Below are positions 28,821 to 40,464 of a stretch of 64,000 nt of DNA, piece by piece. Source of the DNA: Gemmatimonadaceae bacterium (GTDB lineage: Bacteria > Gemmatimonadota > Gemmatimonadetes > Gemmatimonadales > Gemmatimonadaceae). The stretch lies in assembly GCA_031360575.1 (NCBI GenBank), contig JANMBU010000056.1, forward strand, positions 1,376 through 65,375, given 5' to 3'. Each line of letters starts with the position of its first letter. The stretch's first letter is position 1. The position numbers and the translations under genes are program-made. A model generated the notes under the pieces. It did no database searches. It saw only the letters and a program-made list of their open reading frames with translations, and was not told the origin of the DNA.

Positions 28821-28830
28821 CGAACTCGAC

Positions 28831-29919
28831 GTGCTCAAATGTACCCGGCCCCACATCCACACGCGACATGGCATCGCGCCCAGCGTCGGCATCCGGCGCG
28901 AGCTCGCTTTGCTGTGTGCCCTCGCCCTCGCGCTCTTCACGGCCACTGACGCGGCCGCGCAGGTCGTCGCCAGTCGCGACGTCGAGCTTCTCGTTGTACC
29001 CGGCGGGCGCGCGGTCGCGACGGTTCGAAAGGGGACTTCCATCAGCACGGCAGCGGTGCGTGGTGTGTACGTGCAGGCCACGCTCGACGGTTGGATCGCT
29101 GCGGCGTTACTCGGTGCGTCGCGCGACTCGTTCGCGCTGACCGTCAAACCGGGTGGCGGCGTACGGCTTCGCGCCACCGCCAACCCGCAGGCGCCGATAG
29201 TTGCCGATCTTCGCGGCGGCATGGGGTTGAACGAAGTCGAGCGTCAGGGCCCATGGGTCCACGTTCGGCGCAGCGGTTGGCTCAAGTCCGCGGATGTCGC
29301 GTCGCCTTCTGTAGTCTCAGCGAGTACCTCGAGTGCGTCAGCGACAAAGGCCGCGACGGCGACGCCGGCCGCCATGAACGCTGCACCGCCGATCGCGCCG
29401 GACACCGACCGGAATGGATTTGTACTTACTCCCATCGCGGCAACGTCGCTCGCGGCGTCGCCTGCCGGAGAGCGCATTGGCTCACTCGGACCCGGTGCTC
29501 GCGCGATGGTCACTGCGCGCGAGCGAGGCTGGGTGCGGGTCCGCGTGGAGGGGTGGGTTCGCGAGGCTGATCTTTCGGTCGCCGACACCGCGCTGCGCGG
29601 GGCGCTCAGTGCTGCCGACCTGCGCGCCGATCCCGATGCCGTCGCCGGACGCTTGGTTCACTGGGAAGTCGAAGTGCTTGCCCACCAGGTCGGCGACCCG
29701 CTCCGAAAGGGACTGGCCGATCAGGAGCCGTACCTGCTTGCTCAGGGACCAGCCGGTGAGAATGCGCTGCTCTACCTCGCGATCCCTCCGGCCCTCGCTT
29801 CGACGGCGCGCGAGATCCCGGATCTTGCGCGCGCGATCATCACCGCGCGCGTCAGAGTTGGAAAGAGCGAGCCGGTAGGAATACCGGTGCTCGAGTTGCT
29901 GACGATCGTCGGGCGCTGA
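28831..29919 (+). CDS. secreted protein with three SH3b-like repeats
   Basis: GTG 28831 is followed by the signal 'ELALLCALALALFTATDAAAQ'. Repeated '...V/G..G..V.V...GW...' modules are present (for example 'QGPWVHVRRSGWLKSADV' and 'ERGWVRVRVEGWVREADL'). The ORF-track start at 28345 runs antisense through gpmI. Confidence 0.55.
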   Translation: MLKCTRPHIHTRHGIAPSVGIRRELALLCALALALFTATDAAAQVVASRDVELLVVPGGRAVATVRKGTSISTAAVRGVYVQATLDGWIAAALLGASRDSFALTVKPGGGVRLRATANPQAPIVADLRGGMGLNEVERQGPWVHVRRSGWLKSADVASPSVVSASTSSASATKAATATPAAMNAAPPIAPDTDRNGFVLTPIAATSLAASPAGERIGSLGPGARAMVTARERGWVRVRVEGWVREADLSVADTALRGALSAADLRADPDAVAGRLVHWEVEVLAHQVGDPLRKGLADQEPYLLAQGPAGENALLYLAIPPALASTAREIPDLARAIITARVRVGKSEPVGIPVLELLTIVGR

Positions 29920-30000
29920 GCGGTCGCCAAGCGCCATCGCACTCCGGTACTGCCTTTGCTTTATCATCCACAGCGGCCATAGCCGCTGTACCCCAGCCAC

Positions 30001-30816
30001 GTGCAAATACCGATGGAACCAAACGATCCGGCGACGCCAGCAATCCCGTCACGACACGAGACCCCGCTGCACGTCCCGTCGTCGGACTTACCGCCGCCCC
30101 CGTTCGGGGGTCCGCCGCCGTTCGCAGAGCGACGGCGCCGCGGATGGGGTGAGTTCCGCCACGCCTACCCTGGCATCCTCGCGACCATGGGGCTGGCCTT
30201 CGTTGTGATGCTCACGGCTGACGTCTGGCTGGTCTATAAGCGCCATTACTACACGGCCGAAATCGCCCGGCTTCGGTCTGGAATGAGCGATGCCGAAAAG
30301 AAGCAGGCCGACGTCGTGATTGCGACCGAAGAAAACAAGCTTCGCGTCGCTGTCGCACTCATCAAGCGTCAGGCGCAGGGCGACAAGGAAATCCACGTCT
30401 CGATCGCCGTCGATTCATCACGGATGCTGCTCGAGCAGGAGGGCGCGCTGCTGCGCGAGATGCCTGTCGAGATCGCGGCCGCGAAGATCATCGGATCGGG
30501 ACCGGATACCGTGCGGATGTCGCCCCCCCGCGGGGCTCGTACCGTCGAGCGCGTCCTCGAAGGGGGAAAGTGGGAAGTGCCGAAGTGGGTTTACACGGAT
30601 CGTGGGCTTTCAACGCCTGCTGACCGATCGGTCAAGGGCGCACTTGGACCTGCCGCAATCCTCCTGAATGGCGGGACAGTCATCTATTCAATGCCGTCCG
30701 TCGGACCGCTGGCCGATCCGAACTACATCCTGCCGGGTAGTATCCGTGCACGCTCTGCCGACATCCGAGCCATCGCCCCGAATCTCAAGCCCGGCCGCAC
30801 CGTTTACCTCTACTGA
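30001..30816 (+). CDS. membrane-anchored YkuD-fold (L,D-transpeptidase-like) protein lacking the catalytic His/Cys
   Basis: 271 aa with one TM helix. The C-terminus 'GGTVIYSMP...YILPGSIRARSADIRAIAPNLKPGRTVYLY' is collinear with the next gene's 'GYGIHGTDDP...SHGCVRLRNEDIETLYRMVPVGTPVFIY', with His to Tyr and Cys to Ser changes. Start is GTG 30001 or ATG 30013. Confidence 0.6.
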   Translation: MQIPMEPNDPATPAIPSRHETPLHVPSSDLPPPPFGGPPPFAERRRRGWGEFRHAYPGILATMGLAFVVMLTADVWLVYKRHYYTAEIARLRSGMSDAEKKQADVVIATEENKLRVAVALIKRQAQGDKEIHVSIAVDSSRMLLEQEGALLREMPVEIAAAKIIGSGPDTVRMSPPRGARTVERVLEGGKWEVPKWVYTDRGLSTPADRSVKGALGPAAILLNGGTVIYSMPSVGPLADPNYILPGSIRARSADIRAIAPNLKPGRTVYLY

Positions 30817-30823
30817 ACTGACA

Positions 30824-31678
30824 ATGGCATTCGAATTCTTCCGCCATGGCGGACGCGTTGCGTGGGGCCTGATCACCGGTGTCATCGTCGCTATCGGCGC
30901 CAGTGTCCTGCTCGTCACCCACACCGCCGAAGCGCGTTACGAGCGTGACGTCACGCGCATGGTCTTCAACCACACCCTCGAGACCCTCGAGGATGTGAAG
31001 AAGGGCGTCGGGGCGACGAACGATACCCTTGAAGCAGTCCTGTCCACGGCCGATGAATCGCCCGGAGAACGGCCATACATCGTCGTCTCCATCGCCGAAA
31101 ACCGGATCTGGTACAAGCAGGGAAACCAGACCATGTTCACCACCCAGGTCGCCACCGGCAGTGGCAAGGAACTCGATCACGAGGGCGGCGGCTCGCACTG
31201 GAAGTTCGAGACCCCACGCGGACGACTCGTCGTTCAGGGCAAGGAGGCTGACCCGGTGTGGGTGCCGCCCGACTGGCACTACGTCGAGATGGCGAAGAAG
31301 AAGCACCTGGGGCTCGTCAAGCTGCAGCGGGGGCAGGAAATTCCCGCTCCCGACGGCTCGACGATCACGGTCGATGGGAATGACGTCGTCAAGAAATACC
31401 CCGATGGCCGGATCGTACCGATCGAAGTCGTCGAGGGCAGGGAAATCTCCGCCGGCGGGAACGTCATCATCCCGCCATATGGCACGAATCAACGCAAATA
31501 CAAGGGCGTCCTCGGCACCTATCGCCTGGAGATGGGAGATGGATACGGCATCCACGGCACCGACGATCCGGCGTCGATTGGCCATTCGGCCAGCCACGGG
31601 TGCGTGCGTCTCCGCAATGAAGACATCGAGACCCTTTATCGAATGGTGCCCGTCGGCACCCCGGTGTTCATCTATTGA
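30824..31678 (+). CDS. L,D-transpeptidase (YkuD domain)
   Basis: ATG 30824 is followed by a TM anchor 'VAWGLITGVIVAIGASVLLV'. The catalytic motif is 'YGIHGT...GHSASHGCVRLRNEDI'. Confidence 0.85.
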   Translation: MAFEFFRHGGRVAWGLITGVIVAIGASVLLVTHTAEARYERDVTRMVFNHTLETLEDVKKGVGATNDTLEAVLSTADESPGERPYIVVSIAENRIWYKQGNQTMFTTQVATGSGKELDHEGGGSHWKFETPRGRLVVQGKEADPVWVPPDWHYVEMAKKKHLGLVKLQRGQEIPAPDGSTITVDGNDVVKKYPDGRIVPIEVVEGREISAGGNVIIPPYGTNQRKYKGVLGTYRLEMGDGYGIHGTDDPASIGHSASHGCVRLRNEDIETLYRMVPVGTPVFIY

Positions 31679-31724
31679 ACCTGTCCGACCGGTCAGCACT
31701 CGGCCGCAATTTCAAAAATTAGTG

Positions 31725-31895
31725 TTGGAAGTTTTACCTCTTGAAGGTCTATACTGTCTTCAGAGCAGGTTGTACCCCCGCTGAGGCGGGGCTCCTTGCC
31801 AAGGGCAAGTCGGTTGAGGTCCGGCCGACACGCAAAGCCGTGAGATGGCGGTGACCCAGTCACCGCCGTCAGTCTGGTTACCAGGGAGATCGAAA
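31725..31895 (+). promoter_or_regulatory. candidate promoter plus structured 5' leader of the M15 peptidase pair
   Basis: An AT-rich patch has TTGGAA (31725-30), a 19-nt spacer and TATACT (31750-55). Three stem-loops follow: CCCCGC/GCGGGG (31776-91), CTTGCC/GGCAAG (31795-809) and GGCGGTGAC/GTCACCGCC (31847-67). GGGAG lies 7 nt before ATG 31896. Confidence 0.35.
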
Positions 31896-32837
31896 ATGGC
31901 GGGTGTAAAGACAGTCAGCCGCGCGTTCGCGCGAACGCTCTGGATTGGCGGCATCACCGCGTCGGCCATCGGTGCGTCCAGGGGCGCCGCCCTGGCAGCC
32001 GGCGTCGATGCGGCGACCACGACCATCTCGAGCCTGCCCCACGATGTCGTGTACGGACGCAGCGGGAAGTTGCGCGTTCGTTTCGTGTCGGCGCGGCGCG
32101 GTGCCTTCGCGCTCCCGATCCTCAGTCGCCTCTTCGGCGACAACGCGGCGCGCACGCCCGGTGTCTACACGATGCCCGATAGCGACGCGGCCGAACCGAT
32201 TACCTTCGTTACCCTGCTCCCGTTCGAGACAAAGAGCCAGGGCACCGTCGGGTCGTACCGCATCGGCTATTGGCCCGAAGAGCGCGGGCGGCTCCGCTCA
32301 GAGGCGTACGAAAATCCCGATGGGTTCGTCGTCGTCACGCCCGAGAACCAGGACCTCCAGATCTCTGAACACTTCCGGCTGCGCGACTTCCTCACCCATG
32401 ATCAGCAAGATGTCTGGCCGAAGTACATGGTCCTCGAAGATGCGTTGGTCGACAAGCTGGAGCTGGTGATTCAGGACCTGCAGGTTCACGGCGTGCGCGT
32501 CGATCGCATGCGTGTCATGTCCGGCTTCCGCACCCCCGAGTACAACGCGCGAGGCGTCGGGCGGAAGGGTGGTCGTGCGAAGGACAGCCGCCATCAGTTC
32601 GGTGACGCCGCTGACGTATTCGTCGACAACGACGGCGACGGGCGCATGGACGACCTCAATCACGACCACCGGATCGACTCGCGTGACGCGAAGGTCATCG
32701 TCGCTGCGGTCGAGCGCGTCGAGCGGGCCTACCCCGAGCTTGCTGGCGGCGGCGGCGTCTACCGCGCAACCCGCGCCCACGGACCGTTCGCGCACATCGA
32801 CGCGCGCGGCCGCCGCGCGCGCTGGAGCCGCAGCTGA
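31896..32837 (+). CDS. peptidase M15A / DUF882 (YcbK/MepK-like) zinc peptidoglycan hydrolase
   Basis: Contains 'SGFRTPEYN', 'SRHQFGDAADV' and 'FAHIDARG' (H-x6-D...H zinc site). ATG 31896 has a good SD. The ORF track starts at 31845. Confidence 0.8.
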   Translation: MAGVKTVSRAFARTLWIGGITASAIGASRGAALAAGVDAATTTISSLPHDVVYGRSGKLRVRFVSARRGAFALPILSRLFGDNAARTPGVYTMPDSDAAEPITFVTLLPFETKSQGTVGSYRIGYWPEERGRLRSEAYENPDGFVVVTPENQDLQISEHFRLRDFLTHDQQDVWPKYMVLEDALVDKLELVIQDLQVHGVRVDRMRVMSGFRTPEYNARGVGRKGGRAKDSRHQFGDAADVFVDNDGDGRMDDLNHDHRIDSRDAKVIVAAVERVERAYPELAGGGGVYRATRAHGPFAHIDARGRRARWSRS

Positions 32838-33874
32838 TGGCGCTTGATCGCCGCACTTCGCGCGCGCCGGTGCGGCGCGATCGCGCAGGGTGGCTGACCG
32901 TCGTTGCCTTCGCTACCGCAGCTCTCGCTGTCATCGAGCTCCATCAGCCACCGCAGTCGGGATTGCCCAAGCCCTTCGAGTCGCTCGCGATCGTCAAGGC
33001 GATGGGTGTCGCGCCGAGCGCTGACGCGTACGGGACCAGCGGCGCGGTCAAGCTCCGCGTCGTTCTTCCCGGAGAGCGGGTCGAGTATCCGCTCGAGGTC
33101 GAGGGTGACCCGGCCAAGCTCACCTATTCGTGGGTACGCACCGGAACCGACTCACTCGCTGGCGCCCCCGCCCCGCTGAGTGGTGCTGAACTGGTCGCGC
33201 CGCAGGCGCCGGGCATGTACCATCTTGCGCTGATCAGCGGTGGCCAGCGTCGGGTGATCCCCCAGATGACCGTCGCGGTCCTCGTGCCCTTCGCGGACAA
33301 GCTCGGTGCGACGTTGAACGGTTATGAGATCGGCACATATCTCGCCGAGCGCGTGACCGGTCCTCATCATGACGCCCCCGAGGGATTTCTCGAGGTCGGG
33401 GCCAACGACGTGGACATGCAGGTGACCACTCACCTCCGAGTTTCTGACTTCCTCACCCACGACGGCCAGTCGTCGTGGCCACGATATGTCGCGCTGCAGC
33501 CAAAACTTCTCGACAAGCTCGAGTTGGTGATCGCGCAGGTCAGCCGGATGCAGGGCAGTGATCGCGAAGGCGCACGCTCCGTCGCGCTCGACGTGCACTC
33601 GGGCTTCCGCACGCCGAGCCACAACCGCGGAGTACGTCGTTCAGCACGCGACAGCCGCCACCAGTACGGCGATGCCGCGGACGTCGCGATCGACGCTAAC
33701 TTCGATGGGCGTTACACGGCCGCCGACAGCCGACTGGTCGCCCTTGCGGTCGAGATGGTCGAACAGGATCATCCGGAGCTACGCGGCGGCATGGGTGTAT
33801 ATACCAGTCGCCGTTACAGCACGCCGTACGTCCACATCGACGCACGCGGAAAGAGAGCGCGCTGGCGAGGCTGA
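32837..33874 (+). CDS. peptidase M15A / DUF882 (YcbK/MepK-like), tandem paralogue
   Basis: Contains 'SGFRTPSHN', 'SRHQYGDAADV' and 'YVHIDARG'. It shares 'SDFLTHDGQSSWPRYV...LLDKLELVI' with the upstream copy. The ATG overlaps the upstream TGA. Confidence 0.8.
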   Translation: MALDRRTSRAPVRRDRAGWLTVVAFATAALAVIELHQPPQSGLPKPFESLAIVKAMGVAPSADAYGTSGAVKLRVVLPGERVEYPLEVEGDPAKLTYSWVRTGTDSLAGAPAPLSGAELVAPQAPGMYHLALISGGQRRVIPQMTVAVLVPFADKLGATLNGYEIGTYLAERVTGPHHDAPEGFLEVGANDVDMQVTTHLRVSDFLTHDGQSSWPRYVALQPKLLDKLELVIAQVSRMQGSDREGARSVALDVHSGFRTPSHNRGVRRSARDSRHQYGDAADVAIDANFDGRYTAADSRLVALAVEMVEQDHPELRGGMGVYTSRRYSTPYVHIDARGKRARWRG

Positions 33875-33910
33875 GCGCGTCGAACGGCACGACCCTGGGA
33901 GAGCGACGCC

Positions 33911-34317
33911 ATGCAACCGCACCTGCGCGACCGGATCATTCGCAAGCTGGAGACTCTCTCCGACGAGCGCGGCTACCAGATCCTCGACTACGTCGAGTTC
34001 CTCGACTCGCGATACGCTGAGCGCCCCGCGCCGCCCGCCTCGATCTTTCAGCGCTTCGGCGACGCGGTCGAAGATTCCCTCCGCGCCGGGAAGGTCTCGG
34101 CGACGACCATCTCCAAAGCGATGGGATTCATGGGGCAGGCCATGTCCGCGCTCGAAGGAGTCGCCGCTGCTGGCAAGTCTGTTGCGAGTGACATTGCCGG
34201 CGCCGCTGGCATGAACGGTCCCCGACCGATGGGAACCCCAACGCCGAGTGGCCCCGCGGCCAGCGCACCCAGCGCCCCGACGACGCCAGGTACATCGAGG
34301 TCCGGAGAGCAGCCCAC

Positions 34318-34321
<4 letters not shown>
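33911..34321 (+). CDS. hypothetical protein with DUF2281-like N-terminus and Ala/Gly/Pro-rich tail
   Basis: 136 aa. 'RIIRKLETLSDERGYQILDYVEFLDSRY' resembles the DUF2281 '...vLDFVEFL' signature. Confidence 0.5.
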
Positions 34322-36397
<2,076 letters not shown>

Positions 36398-36423
36398 AGC
36401 CGATCAGTGCGGCGCGATTTCCC

Positions 36424-36462
36424 GTGCGGCGCCGTGAATAACGGCGCCGCACGCATTTCCCC
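36424..36462 (+). terminator. stem-loop terminator candidate after guaB
   Basis: A perfect 12-bp stem GTGCGGCGCCGT/ACGGCGCCGCAC (36424-36452, 5-nt loop) is followed by GCATTTCCCC. The U-tract is weak. Confidence 0.5.
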
Positions 36463-36594
36463 TCGTGTTCACGGGGAAATTCGCTTGACAAAGCCGCAGC
36501 CCGAGCCGCAATTTCCCGCGCGGTTGATACCCACCTCGCTGGGCCGGCGCCTCTGGTTCCCTCGCCTGTCCCTAACGCCCTGGAGAACACCAGT

Positions 36595-38061
<1,467 letters not shown>

Positions 38062-38114
38062 TCGGTCGACGTTAGGCAACTACAGACGCGGCGCCCGGCG
38101 GTCCTGCGGGCGCC

Positions 38115-39185
38115 GTGTCCGTTCCATCAACACCGCTGCGAGTGCCACTCTCTACGCTCCTCTCCGTTGCAGATCACCGTCGTGCCGACATCGAGCGGCT
38201 CGCCGGTGCGCTGCGCCCGGGGCTGAAGGTCGCGCTCGCGACGCATATCAGCGCCGACGGTGATGGCTGCGGGTCCGGGACGGCGCTTGCCCGCCTGCTG
38301 GCACAGCGCGGAATGCGGCCATTCATCGTCAACCCGACGCCGTGGCCGGACATGTACGACTTCCTCCTCGGCGCGGATGTCGCCGACCGGAGCGCCGAGG
38401 GAGCCGCCGCGCTCCGCGATGCCGATGTCCTGATCGTCCATGACATCAGCGACGTAAAGCGCTTGGGCGGGCTCGCCGAGGCCGTTCGCCGCCTGACGAT
38501 TCCGAAGCTCGTGATCGATCACCACCTGCCAAGCGATGAGCCCCCGAGCGACGTCACGCTGAGCGACACCACCGCCTGCGCAACCGGCGAACTGGTGTTC
38601 GATTTCGCCTCGGTGCTCGGTCTGGAACTCACGGCGCCGATCGCCCGCTCACTTTACGCCGCGATACTCACCGACACCGGCGGCTTTCGCTTCAGCAACA
38701 CGACGCCGCGCTGTCACGCGATCGCCGCAGCGCTCCTCGCTGCCGGCGTGGATCCTGAGGAGATGTACACCCGCATCTACGCGTCGGCCCCGATTGGCCG
38801 CCTGCAATTGCTCGGCGAAGCGCTGGAGACGCTCGGAATAGACCGCGCACACGGGATTACCTGGATTTCGGTTGCGTCCGGTGCGCTGGAGCGCCACGAA
38901 GTTCGCAGCGAAGATCTCGATGGCATCGTCGAGCATGCGCGGTCGGTGTCGGGCACGCGGCTCGCACTTTTCTTCCGCGATCTTGGCCACGGCAAGGTGA
39001 AGGTGTCGTTTCGCAGCACCGGTGACGTCGATGTCAACCGGTTCGCCCGGCAGTTCGGCGGCGGCGGTCACGCAAAGGCGGCAGGCGCGCTCGTCGCCGG
39101 CTCGCTCGAGAGCGTCCGGGAATCCGTCGTCGGCGCCGCACGCGTCTACCTCGCCGCCCCGCAGCCGGCGACTCTCGAAAGCTGA
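38115..39185 (+). CDS. nrnA: DHH/DHHA1 phosphoesterase (NrnA-like oligoribonuclease / pAp phosphatase)
   Basis: Contains 'HISADGDGCGS', 'DHH' and 'GGGHAKAAG'. GTG start. Confidence 0.8.
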   Translation: MSVPSTPLRVPLSTLLSVADHRRADIERLAGALRPGLKVALATHISADGDGCGSGTALARLLAQRGMRPFIVNPTPWPDMYDFLLGADVADRSAEGAAALRDADVLIVHDISDVKRLGGLAEAVRRLTIPKLVIDHHLPSDEPPSDVTLSDTTACATGELVFDFASVLGLELTAPIARSLYAAILTDTGGFRFSNTTPRCHAIAAALLAAGVDPEEMYTRIYASAPIGRLQLLGEALETLGIDRAHGITWISVASGALERHEVRSEDLDGIVEHARSVSGTRLALFFRDLGHGKVKVSFRSTGDVDVNRFARQFGGGGHAKAAGALVAGSLESVRESVVGAARVYLAAPQPATLES

Positions 39186-39300
39186 ACGCCGAGTGGCCAC
39201 GGTACGCGTCGCCGACCGCGGCGCGTTAGCTTTCTCAATTGGGCGATCGTTCCGCAGGACGTCCCGGACGCGCCCACCCTCAGAATCGCTGACAATTCCG

Positions 39301-40464
39301 ATGGCCCAGAATCTTCAGGAGCGCGTCGTCACGGCGCTCTCCGCAGTGCAAAGCGCCCGCGCCAGAACCGATGTCCTGAATGCGTCGATGATTCGTGACC
39401 TCGCGACCACCGTCGACGGGAAGATCCGCCTAACGGTGCTTCTCACGCCTCAGGATGACGCCGGCATCGTTCGCGAAATCCGGCAAGCCGTCGAGCGCGT
39501 TGACGGCGTCACCGACGTGCGAGTCGATGTGAAGGACGCGACGGAGCGGGCAACGGGTGGTGCGACGCCGCCACCGCGCAGCATGTCGGCAGCGGCGCCG
39601 TCCCCGAGCGGCCGCATGCTCCCAGTGATGGACAATGCCCCCAAGGCGCCGGCACGCGGCTCAGTGCCGGCCCCGGTCGCTTACCCGAAGCTTGGCCGCA
39701 TCATCGCAGTCTCGAGCGGGAAGGGTGGCGTCGGCAAATCCACGGTCTGTGTCAACCTCGCCGTGTCGCTCGCTCGCGATGGTGCGCGCGTTGGAATCCT
39801 CGACGCCGACATTTATGGGCCGAACATTCCGCGCATGATGGGCGTGATGGAAGCGCCGCGCGTCATCGGCGACCGCATCATGCCACTCGAGGCGCACGGC
39901 GTGAAGATCATGAGCCTCGGCTTCATCATCGAGCGCGATCAGCCTGCCATCTGGCGCGGCCCGATCGTCATGAAGATCATCACGCAATTTCTCGGCGACG
40001 TCGACTGGGGTCAGCTCGACTACCTCTTCGTCGACATGCCGCCGGGAACAGGTGACGCGCAGCTTTCGCTCGTCCAGGCGACCAACGTGCACGGTGCGAT
40101 CATCGTCACGACCCCGCAGGAAGTGTCAGTCGGTGATGCGTTGCGCGGCGCAAAGATGTTCCAGCGTGTCGGCGTGCCCGTGCTGGGCATCGTGGAGAAC
40201 ATGAGTTGGCTCGAGTGCCCGCATTGCGGGAAGCCGACCGCGCTGTTCGGCAGCGGCGGCGGCCAACGGCTCGCCGATGAACTCGAGCTACCCCTCCTCG
40301 GCCAGATCCCGCTCGCGCCAGCGGTGACCCAGGGCGGCGATACTGGAGCGCCGATCGTCGTGGCCGACGCCCGTTCAGCGCCGGCCGTCGCTCTCGGAAA
40401 GATTGCGGTCGCTGTCGCGGCGAATGCCGCTGCTGTGGCAGGAGCAACCGCGCCGAGCGAGTGA
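39301..40464 (+). CDS. apbC: Mrp/ApbC/NBP35-family Fe-S cluster carrier ATPase
   Basis: ATG 39301 is followed by a DUF59-like N-domain, the P-loop 'SGKGGVGKST' and 'CPHCG'. The upstream 93 codons in the ORF track overlap nrnA. Confidence 0.88.
   Translation: MAQNLQERVVTALSAVQSARARTDVLNASMIRDLATTVDGKIRLTVLLTPQDDAGIVREIRQAVERVDGVTDVRVDVKDATERATGGATPPPRSMSAAAPSPSGRMLPVMDNAPKAPARGSVPAPVAYPKLGRIIAVSSGKGGVGKSTVCVNLAVSLARDGARVGILDADIYGPNIPRMMGVMEAPRVIGDRIMPLEAHGVKIMSLGFIIERDQPAIWRGPIVMKIITQFLGDVDWGQLDYLFVDMPPGTGDAQLSLVQATNVHGAIIVTTPQEVSVGDALRGAKMFQRVGVPVLGIVENMSWLECPHCGKPTALFGSGGGQRLADELELPLLGQIPLAPAVTQGGDTGAPIVVADARSAPAVALGKIAVAVAANAAAVAGATAPSE

Noticed and set aside
28345-28830. N-terminal 162 codons of the 524-aa ORF-track entry
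   Set aside because: This part runs antisense through gpmI and is Pro/Arg/Ser-rich. The signal peptide and SH3b repeats only begin after GTG 28831.
38089-38117. 9-bp GC hairpin (CGGCGCCCG...CGGGCGCCG) as a terminator after the permease
   Set aside because: It has no U-tract, and its 3' arm overlaps the GTG start of nrnA by 1 nt. It is plausible as a structure, but I cannot assign it a role from sequence alone.
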